A stretch of DNA of 22,065 nt from Cladosporium halotolerans (GCF_011745625.1 NW_027191505.1:62001-84065); one strand, 5' to 3'. Positions 12,136 through 21,245 are shown, counted from the stretch's first letter. The notes: a model not told the origin generated them from the sequence alone. Numbers and translations are program-made.

Positions 12136-12216
12136 ATAATCAACTCTGCCGATAGTGTTTAGCCGCAAGATACCAAGCGCTGTACAAATTACCAGCACAG
12201 CTGCTTTTACAATAGT

Positions 12217-13601
12217 TCACCATTTCGCCGAAGCTCTACCTGTATCCGGCGATCCATCGACAGGAGATGAAGACACCGTGATCTCGTCTGTTCTCTTGAT
12301 CCTTGCGTTTGTACTACTTCTCCTCTCCCTGGACTCACTCGGACCCCGTTCGAAGGTTCCCTCTTGTAGAATTCTCTCCTGACTGTCAATCTCCGTCGGA
12401 TAGGTGACACCAATCCTGGCTCTGGAGTAAGCCTTCCCAGACTTGACAAGATCGCTCGAGAGCTGAATGTCGGATGCATGAGTCGGTTTCTGGTGGAGGG
12501 TGCCACTCTGGTAGCCGGCTTCGCGGCGAGCGCTGCTGAAGGCACTTTTGTCCATGACGACCTTGACCAAGGGCTGAAGGATGGGAATGCAGGAGGCGAT
12601 GATAATTGTGGAGCCTTCGACGCTGGAAAGTGGGTTAGTCTAGCATTAGTGGCGGTTGAAGAAGAAGGCGGCATGACGAACCAGGTCCATATTACCAGAT
12701 TAGCTGTGTTGTCTTTGTCCGAAGGTCAGTTTCGGGTTTTAATTGCAAAGTAAATGGATTACTCACAACTGAAGTCGTCACTTGCCAGACCCGGGATTCG
12801 CGTACACTTGTACGCCGCGACAATACAGGCGACAGATCCGATTCCGAGAGCGACAGCAAGTGCGATCTTCTTCCTCAAGTTCATTTGCAGCCTGGCGAGG
12901 ATCACTGCAGGATACAAGGCGAGATAGAGATCCACGAATGCCGAAAGAGCTGCTTTGTCAGCATTTCTGATACTCAACATGGCAAAAGACAGACTCACCG
13001 CCGGCAAAGATGGCGTAGTCGACGAGAACCCACACCGACCAGCATTCGCCCTTGACTGAGAAGTCCCACTGCGACCGGGATGGCGTACACTGAGCGTATA
13101 GAATTATCACACATCCGAACAAGACGAGTGTTGTCACTCCGGAAGAACACCAGAGAAAGATGCGATGCGCCGGACTTGGGTTCATGAGTTTAGTCAACAA
13201 GGCGACTACCGCGAGTTTCGGGATCGCGAAGGACAAGATACCGGGGCAGAACGCTGCAATGGTGTACTTGATGACATTCTGCTGTTGCTCGACGTTCAAT
13301 GTGTTGAAATGCCGCCCGCTACCTGATTCCACGGCTGCTGAAGAAATTCCCAGATTGACGAATGCACAGATCTGTACAGCCGTCAGCATTCATTCGCTGT
13401 TATTCAGGATCTTCTCTAGCATCTTACCATTGCCAGGACAATGAGATAGTCATCCAGGCCCAGATTCCGCAGTAGCTTTACTCGTACGTAAATTCGTGCT
13501 GCAACAAAGACTGACGAAATACCCGTCAGGCTGCCGAGGATGGCCAGAATCGTCGTTCCTATGTTGGCATCATCATCGCGGGCTGTCAAATTAGAAGACA
13601 T
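12217..13601 (-). CDS. PTH11/SAT4-like (fungal rhodopsin-domain) integral membrane protein, 388 aa. Exons 13601-13428, 13371-12999, 12949-12767, 12712-12682, 12622-12217
   Basis: Motifs ARIYVR...LGLDDYLI, GSGRH, PKLAVVALL, QCTPSRSQWD, DLYLALYP...LQMNLRKK and LVIWTCVEGSTIIIASCIPILQPL. Four GT-AG introns with CTRAC branch sites keep the frame. Confidence 0.93.
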
Positions 13602-14119
13602 GTCTGTCTTTCTGGCTACAGAGATGAGTCACTGACAACATCCTTTCTAGAGATACCTCAGTCAAATGCCACGTACGGCTGAGGGTGGACAACATGAGTC
13701 GTGGGATCTTTGCTCCATGGCCCCCTCGATACAATGTGTGCCGTGCACCGAAAGCGAAGGCATCAGATGCTAGATGACTTGACAGGGACGGCAATGAAAC
13801 TTGATCGTCGCAACGGAGTCTCGGTCCGGATATTGACAGATGCGTAAGTTTCGTCAGCACGACTAGGGTCCGATTACCAGAGTGCTAGACTGCAGTCATG
13901 ACTTGTGTTCCACAGCACACCTGGGGAGCGCCATCCACAGTGCCGATCGGCTGGCTCTGTCTGCACATTTTTGCTTACTCGTAATTTCTCTTAGAACCAT
14001 ATCATACACATGATGAGCGTTGCGCGATACCGACTAAAGTCATTCCAAAATGATCTTTAAGAGGTGTGCGTAGTGATGCTTGGCTTCGGCCACACCTCCG
14101 TCATTACCGGACGTGAATA

Positions 14120-14134
14120 TCCCCTGACAGGGGA
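14120..14134. promoter_or_regulatory. Perfect palindrome TCCCCTG-A-CAGGGGA made of two inverted STRE-like (CCCCT/AGGGG) elements
   Basis: Seen directly in the region between the divergent PTH11-like and O-methyltransferase genes. CCCCT is the known Msn2/4-type stress response element. Function here is inferred. Confidence 0.4.
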
Positions 14135-15032
14135 CTTTCCTCGCTTGTCAACTAATACAGAAAAATTCGGGTAGGAAAAGGCGGCCATTCAAAAAGTCAC
14201 GAAGCGAAGGAAGATGGTGTGGCGGGACCAAGTGGCACATGCAGAGCTAACCAGGTCTCTATAAACGGCGCATCCTTCTAGATGTCACTTCTCCACAAGT
14301 GCTCGGCGATTCCCGGCAGCACTGTATAAGATATGTGGAGAGCTACGAGGGCCAAGCATCGGTTGTGTGACTTGGACTTCCCTTGACTCGCGTGGTCGTG
14401 TCCTTGCCCAGCGACCCACATAGTGAGAACGCATCCCAGTCGACGAAACGGCGATTTCGCACGTGCTCAGTGGACAATCCGCCAAAGACGTTCAGCAGCC
14501 TCTGGGGAAGCCCGGGAGTGTTAGCGCCGGGGAACAGTGCCGTTCATCCTCCATTGAAGACCATCAGTCGGGCGGGTAGCATGCCTCCGGGCCTGGGCGG
14601 CCTTCGTCCCCCTGATGTTGTGTGGAGTTACTAGCACACATGAGTTCTTAGCCAATGCAGAAGCTCCTGACTTTCTATTTGGTATCGGCTTCATCAGTCG
14701 CAAGTGCCCACTATCTGGTCCATTCGGATGCTTCACCGTTCCGCGCCATGGGACTCGTCTTACATGTGCTATCGAACTCGTGTATGAGTCGTGCGTAGGC
14801 GAAGACATCGTCGCCTCAACAAGCAGGGAAAGTATCGCTCAACTGATCTTGCCTTCCACGGTTGCGGTTCGAATGGAGCGGCGTGGCATGGCCCCGGCAT
14901 AGCATGCAAAGAGAGCGGTGCAAATGCCTGTCTCCTCTCAATCGAACAGAAACTTGAAGTACATTGCATGTCCAGCGCATTAGCGAAGCCTCCCACTTTC
15001 CATAACAAACTTTACTGTTCTCTGCCGAAGCC

Positions 15033-16592
15033 ATGCCTTCGAACGGTACTGCCAATGGGGCAAGCAACGGAACAACCAACGGACATTCCAACGGAACAGC
15101 CAAGAGTACCAGTCGTAAGACTTCGAAGGATACGCCGAATGGCAAGGTTCAGTACTCCCCAGCGGAGCGTGCAGCGGAAGTAGCTGTGTCGCCAAACAAT
15201 GCAGAGAGAGTCCCGTCCACCATCGCCGCCATCCAGTCCATCGGAGACACCTTTAACGCTGCGAATAACGATGCCCGAATGAAGCTGCTCGTGGAAGCGC
15301 GCCGACTCGTCCAGTCGCTCGAGACGCCGCGCGAGACGATGATCAAGCACAATTGGGCGCAGGTAAGTTCTTGCGACTGTTGTCTGAGCTCATCAGCTGA
15401 CCAAGGTAGCCTGCTGCCCATGCAGCTATCACACTTGGTGTCGACACCGGCCTCTTCAAGGCCATGCTGGCGAACGACGCCTCGCCGAAGACGGTGGCTA
15501 AGCTGTCAGAAAATGTGAACGTTGATGCTTCTCTTCTCGGTATGCCGTTATAGGGATGAAGGGTGTTGACTGAAGCTGATCGAATTGCAGCGCGGACTAT
15601 GCGGCACTTGGCGGCTATGGGATACATTAGAGAGACTGCGGCCGACGAGTACGAGCCCACAAACTTCTCCAAGTCATTGGCGATTCCGATCATTGGTGAT
15701 GGCTACCCGTGCTTGTGAGTTTGTCGTAGTACCTTGAGTTGGGCGAAAATTAACCGTTTCCACTCAGAGCCGGAGGCGCGAACTCCTCGCTGCTGAAGCT
15801 CAACACCTATGCAGCCAAGATCGGGTACAGGGAGCCAACCTCCTCAGCGCATGGCCCTTACCAACATGCCTACGACACCCACCTCAACTTTTTCGCCTAC
15901 CTGCAAGACAACCCGCCCCTTGGGCCACAGTTCAATCATCACATGGCTGGCTATAGGCAGGGCAGGCCGAGCTGGATGGACGAGAATTTCTTTCCTGTGA
16001 AGGAGCGATTGATCAAGGGCGCGAAAGCGGAAGATGATGCTGCATTGTTGGTGGACATTGGAGGTAGTATCGGACACGATATTGCTGAGTTTGCAAGGAA
16101 GCACGGCAATTCTGCCGGCCGTTTGGTGCTACAAGATCTGCCAGCTGTTCTGGGACAGATCGACACTCTTGACGAAAGGATCGAGCGCATGTCTTATGAT
16201 TTCTTCACCAAGCAGCCTCTTGCGGGTAAGTCGGATCGATTGAGGTGAAGTGAAAGTCACTTACATGAGACCCAGGTGCTCGCGCGTACTACATGCACTC
16301 CGTCCTCCATGATTGGCCGGACGATGTGTGTGAGCGCATCCTTGAAAACGTGAAGGACGCAATGGAGCCGGGATACAGCAAGCTTCTGATCAACGAAAAC
16401 GTCATACCCGACGTGCAGGCGCATTGGGAGGCGACCGGTTTGGACCTGATGATGCTGGCGCTCTTTGCCTCTCGCGAGCGCACGGCTGCTCAATGGAAGC
16501 ACCTGCTCGAAGACCGCGCCGGCCTGAGAATCGTGAAGATCTGGGAGGTCGGAAACGGTGTGGAAAGCCTTATCGAGTGCGAGCTGCCGTAG
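15033..16592 (+). CDS. SAM-dependent O-methyltransferase (Methyltransf_2, fungal secondary-metabolism type), 452 aa. Exons 15033-15362, 15410-15539, 15591-15714, 15768-16225, 16276-16592
   Basis: Dimerisation region LVQSLETP...ARTMRHLAAMG, SAM motif LLVDIGGSIGHD, then LVLQDLP, YDFFTKQP, GARAYYMHSVLHDWPD (catalytic HD) and RERT..QW. Four GT-AG introns give 453 open codons. Confidence 0.95.
15039..15098 (+). repeat. Five degenerate 12-bp coding repeats encoding x-Asn-Gly-x (SNGT ANGA SNGT TNGH SNGT)
   Basis: TCGAACGGTACT GCCAATGGGGCA AGCAACGGAACA ACCAACGGACAT TCCAACGGAACA, directly after the start of the O-methyltransferase. Confidence 0.85.
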
Positions 16593-16712
16593 ATTTTGAA
16601 CGCGAAGAAGTCTTGAGTTTGGGGCGAAGTCCCTTGTTTCGACGCGAGTTTGTGTTTCGTTAATGCTCAACGTCTTCATCCGTGGTCAGAAGTGTGGTGT
16701 GCTAGAAGCAGG

Positions 16713-17434
16713 CTAAGTCCGAGCGGCGGCTTCGGTGTTTTGCGCTTAGATGGCAGGGACGCGTGGAATGCAGCGGCCGGCTTGAGTCGAGGAGCTGCCA
16801 TTGCACCACGCTGTCCGGCCGAGGCGAACGTGGGCATGTCTGAGGCCTGTTCTCTGACATGCCTGCAGACGAGAGGCTCACGAACCCGCGCGGCGAGGCA
16901 AGGGAACTCCTTGACTCCCTCAAGCAGTAGCTGTGCACAAACGGCGAACGCATGGCCGACAGTACAAGCAATTTGTTAAATGCCCTTGAGAATGTCCGGA
17001 GGCACAAAGCCCCTCATGCCAAACTGGTGCGTTGAGCTCGCCTTCACGGCGTAGCACGTCCCCTGAATCGCTTCCTCGAGTAGGTGGTCCTTCTCTTACT
17101 GTCACCGGATTTCCTCAATGTAACATCTCTCCCATACGTGGCCGTAATCCGTTTAATTTCGCTGGTCAAAAATGCTTGCGGGCGCGTCGTCGTGTTGATA
17201 GAAGGACTGTCGTAAAGAAGAGATCCTCGAGGTCTGAAGGTGAACGCGGTCGTGCAAGCACCGCAGTCTCGGCGCGCGTTTCTGTATTGCGTCTTCGAGA
17301 TCGCCATCGACGGTGATCTCGGGCTGGCGAAGAAATGTGCGTCGGCAGCGAGAGACAAAGAGAGTTCGATTCCTCTAAGGTACCTGTTGAGCCGGACTGG
17401 TGATGTTATCAGCCCGCACACACGCGCCCGCGCA
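16713..17434 (+). ncRNA. Candidate large structured RNA of unidentified class (or a highly structured 3' extension of the O-methyltransferase mRNA)
   Basis: Hand-paired helices: 17178-17187/17422-17431 (10 bp perfect), 17194-17201/17406-17413, 17269-17283/17331-17345 (15 bp, 4 G-U), 17294-17305/17312-17323 (12 bp, 3 G-U), 17246-17264 hairpin with GCAA tetraloop, 16830-16840/16856-16866 (11 bp, 2 G-U), and a 16757-16816 extended hairpin. No credible ORF. Confidence 0.45.
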
Positions 17435-17436
17435 CC

Positions 17437-17448
17437 AGGGTTAGGGTT
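17437..17448 (+). repeat. Short interstitial telomeric repeat AGGGTTAGGGTT (two TTAGGG-phase units)
   Basis: Read directly from the sequence. TTAGGG is the usual telomere repeat of filamentous ascomycetes. Confidence 0.6.
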
Positions 17449-17529
17449 GGCTGCGCGCACGCAAATACACACGCTTGAAACCTCCCTTCCATTCGAGCAT
17501 AAATGACCGGTCTTCCCGTCACTGCCGCG

Positions 17530-18753
17530 CTACTGACATTCTTGTTGTGACACACCAGCCTTCGCAAGCATACCGAGGATTTCCAAATCATGCCTGGCAC
17601 CTGACGAAGTTCTCTTCGGCGTTCTACACGCGTGCACTTCCTGCAGCTCGAGCGTCAACGGATATTCGTAAGTCCTGCGAATGCTCGATTCTCTGTAAGA
17701 TCCATCGAGCAGCGATTGTTTCACGACCATCAGGGTCGACAAGCCTTTGACGAATGGAGTGTCGATGGATACTTTGACGGTCTGTTTTTCTCCGAATATC
17801 TCGATCGAAGCGTCGAATTGCAAGACCTGATCGATGCCAGACTCATATGAGAAGCCGGAGTATTGGAACATCGCGCTATCTCTGTCAGCGCGGCCCAGGT
17901 GGGCTTTTGGGCTGAGGAATTTACCTCCAAAAGGGCGATCCGGTTGTAGCACAAGGCGAGAATCCTATGACACCGGTGGGCATGCCGATGATTTCACGCA
18001 TGGCGCTCAGGTCATGCGACCCGAGCATAGACAGATAGTCCCACATCGTTTTTCTCTCTTGCGTCGTGGTGACATCAAGTCCCACTTGGAGAGCTTTCTG
18101 ATGCAGAGCTTCTCTATCTTCTTCCCGATAATCGTTGAAAGTCTGCGGGAATGTGATAGATTGGCCGATGAAGATAGAATTTGGCCCGATGAGATCTCGG
18201 GCGCGTGCATAGCCGATTTCTCCAATACTACCCACTTCTTTGACTGCATCGATGAAGACGGCGATGTAACGCCTCATATAGCCTACGAAGACCTTCAAGC
18301 TGCCAGCCGCTTGGTCGGCGGCTATGATGCGGTCTGTGTCTTGGAGAGTCAAAGCGATGGGTTTCTCGATCGAGACGTGCTTGTTGGCTTTGAGAGCGAG
18401 GATTGCTTCGGATGCATGAAAGGCGTGATTGCTAGCTAGTAAGACCAAATCGACTTCTGCAGAATTGCAGAGCTGATCAATGATTTGCGTAGTCTTGGGC
18501 TTCGTAGTGCGCGCGACTTTGAGCTGGCTGTACTTCATCGCATAGGCGGAGACATCGCAGAGGTACGTGATTTGGAAGAGGTGTAACCGACAACGAGTTC
18601 AAGGTGGGAATGTGGACAACTTGAGTGACCATGCCGCACCTGCGAGCACATAGAATTCGAATTTGATATGGGATATTCTCCGTCGATTGCAACTGACTCC
18701 ACGATACCCACTTTGACAACCTGGCCACTGGGCGGAGCTTTAGTTGGCTTCAT
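17530..18753 (-). pseudogene. Degraded Gfo/Idh/MocA-family NAD(P)-dependent oxidoreductase (myo-inositol 2-dehydrogenase-like). Exons 18753-18698, 18639-17925 (frameshift near 18584-18587), 17875-17530
   Basis: Family motifs CG...QVVHIPTL, LFQITYLCDVS, KHVSIEKPIAL, VFVGYMRRY, LGSHDLSAMRE, YESGID and DTPFVKGL. HIPTLNSLS and HLFQITYLCD lie in different frames, separated by four extra bases (GTTA). After removal of intron 18697-18640 the Rossmann motif reads VGIVECG instead of VGIVGCG. Confidence 0.82.
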
Positions 18754-19293
18754 GGCGAACATATTGGCGAACGATGGGTGCTTAGAAGCTACGCTTAGAT
18801 TTGCAGTTGCTACTTTCTGCCTGCTGCGAAGGAAGAAACGAAGAGACTATGAGCATGAATATGGTATGAAGTTGTGGAAAGGTTGGAGGCTCAGCCCTAC
18901 GCCATCGATACCCCACCGATTACTTGGCGAGTTGATACTTTCGGAAGTGAGGCGGATTGATAAAAGCGCAGTGACGGATCCGTTGTACATCAATCGAGTC
19001 TTGCGGTTAGCGGAGGAAAGAAGCGTGATTGTGCGCCCCAGGATCTTTGGCAAGCCCAGTGTCTACATGCGAGGATGATATCAGACGAAATTTCCTTGAG
19101 GCTGGAAAGAAAGGCGTGAGAAGAAATCGTACGAGCATTTGGCGAAAGTAAGAGATGCGTAAAGTTCCTTTCGAAAGTAGCAAAAGTAGCACTCATAAAC
19201 GTATGACAAGCGCCAGACCTATTGTCTCAAGTATTTACATTTCAGCCTCCCGCATCGTTCCTCATCAACCATTCATTCAAATCCATTCCCAGT

Positions 19294-20582
19294 CTAGGTC
19301 AATGGGATCGGGCATCCCAAGTTATCCAAGTCGGGTGAGATCTTAGTAGCAATGAAAGACAACGCCTCCACTGTCGGCGTGACGATGCCGTTCAGGGAGC
19401 TCGGAATCTGACCGAACAACAGCTGGTACAGCAGGCAGGAAGTCTCCTTCGCGCTGATGCCAGCCTCGATCTTGCCGTCCTTGATAGCGCCGAAGTTGAT
19501 GCCGTCGAAGGAGCCATCTGCAGTGTTGCTTCCGAAAAGCACCGGGTTCTCAAGATACATGGTGACGATTTCCCTCGTCACATCGCTGTTGGTGTACGGG
19601 GTCTTGCGGTTGGTCCAGTTTTCGGGCAGCTTTTCGTCGATGAAGAACGACGAGATGGTCTCAAGATCGGGTGCATACCCGCGAGTGCCGGAGGGCATGA
19701 GCTCGTACAAAAAGCTGGCAGCTCCGTACAAGAGCAGGGTCAGGGGACCGAAGAAGAAGTTGGGATTCTCGGCTTGAGACTGCTCCCAACGTTGCAAACG
19801 GTACTTCGACAGACCCTCCCGATCGAAGTTGCCGCCGGTCGTCGCGGTCATCATGTCAAAGAGAGTTTTGTTGAAGCTGAAATTGTCTCCATTGTGAGTG
19901 AAATAGTCGTTACGAGTGAGAGATGAATCCGCCTCGAACTTGTTGTGGCCGTCAAGCCCAGGCTCACTGCCTGTCAGGGCGGGGTTGAAGGAAGTGCGAG
20001 TAGTTGCGTCGCATCCGATGCTGAGCTTCTGGGTTACGATGTCTCCGTCGGTCAAGGTCAAACCGAGGAGTGCCAGAAGGTTTGCAAGATCATAGCCAAC
20101 GTTGTAAACGTTCTGTTGAGCGTCCACAAGCTCGTCGTAGGTTACGATACCGTCGTGGGCCAAGAAGTTGTGGTTTGCAGCAGTGTTCAGACCAGGGCAT
20201 CTAGGATGGAAGTGGCAGTCAGCCTATGCACTTGCATCGAGCTCAAACAATGAATGACTTACGGTCCGCGAATATCGCCTGACCCTGGCGCTACATATTT
20301 GTGTGCGTCATCCCCAGGCGCAGGTACTTGGTAGCCGCCCTGGCCTTTGCCGGGCAAACCATTCCTCGCACCGTTGTACGGATACTGGGAGTTATAGGCA
20401 GCGGCAGGCTTGTGGTCTGCGTTGAAAGGGCAAGTTGCAGGGCCACCTGCCCCGGTGCCTGTCTGTTGACGACGGTAGTTGTGGCGTGCCTTGAGCATGG
20501 AAGAGTCGACGCCTGGGACATCCACGACCCATGGGAAGGCCGAAGCCGACGTCAAAAGTGCGGCAAAGACAGCTTGCTTCAT
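19294..20582 (-). CDS. Secreted heme-thiolate peroxidase (chloroperoxidase/unspecific peroxygenase family, long DotB-like type), 408 aa. Exons 20582-20263, 20200-19294
   Basis: Signal peptide MKQAVFAALLTSASA and propeptide ending YRR. The proximal heme-thiolate motif DIRGP|CPGLNTAANHNFL is rebuilt across intron 20262-20201 (GTAAGT...CTGAC...TAG). Also HNKFEADSSLTRNDY, S...NPNFFF, EKLPENW and a C-terminal Cys pair (CLLYQ, LGCP). Confidence 0.93.
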
Positions 20583-21245
20583 GATTTTTCGAAGATTTAA
20601 TTAGTGAAGTATTGGAGGATGAGTGTCCTGTCTTCTGTTGACGAGGAAGAGCTTCTCTTTTATGTTCGCTTTCCTCGATGACCTCTTCTCTCTGTGCGCC
20701 TGGCCCTGCGATCGAACGTAACATTGCCCCCTCTGACCAATGAGGATAACAACGGTGACCATTGTGCCGAGGCATTTGGGTCTTCCATTACATGACCATA
20801 CACCTAAGTCGCTCTAACATTGACGAAATACTGTTGGTCTGGCGTAGTAGCCGTTGATCAAGCGCCGCATCACGCCTTGTCACGTCGATCATGCTGATCT
20901 TGTCGATCAGGCATTGCTTGTCGACCCTCGACCAATGAGAGACACGAAGCCAAACGTGATACCGAGGCAGATTGCGATCGCACTGCCACTTCGATGTATC
21001 ACATCTCTACTACTGGACGCTAAAATCACAACATCACGAGTGCCCACCTTTAATGACCAACAGAGCACTGATGATTGGGTCCGTTCATAGTTCGCGGAGC
21101 GCACCTACGTGTCCAATTGGCCCACGGCCGGACGCAGGGCAACGGAGAAAAGGATCATCCGAACGTCCTTGCGAAGGGCAAATGGAAGACAAGTCTTTCT
21201 CTTCGTGAGTTTCTGGTACAGCAAATCTTCCTGATTCATCAGAGG

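Noticed and set aside
16775..16835. HDV-like ribozyme resemblance (GGCCGG...CCACGC...CCGGCC..GG-CGAA)
   Set aside because: P1 is only 6 bp, L3 lacks the conserved U, the P1.1 GG is displaced and P2 pairs poorly. A simple long hairpin explains the segment better.
17050..17285. Group IE intron-like P7 halves on the - strand (AACGCGCG ... GGGGACGTGCTA)
   Set aside because: No P3/P4/P6 core could be built, the locus is not rDNA, and the wobble pairs favour the + strand.
17221..17400. RNase P/MRP-like P4 pairing (GGTCTG/CGGACT) and CR-IV-like GAGTTCGAT
   Set aside because: Fungal CR-I (GGGAAATTCGGTG-like or GAAAGTCCCC) and a correctly spaced CR-V are absent.
17437..17448. AACCCTAACCCT on the - strand as a telomerase RNA template
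   Set aside because: The adjacent helices would contain many A-C mismatches on the - strand, and no pseudoknot was found downstream.
17834..18439. 201-aa + strand ORF
   Set aside because: Antisense to the oxidoreductase pseudogene, with no independent motifs.
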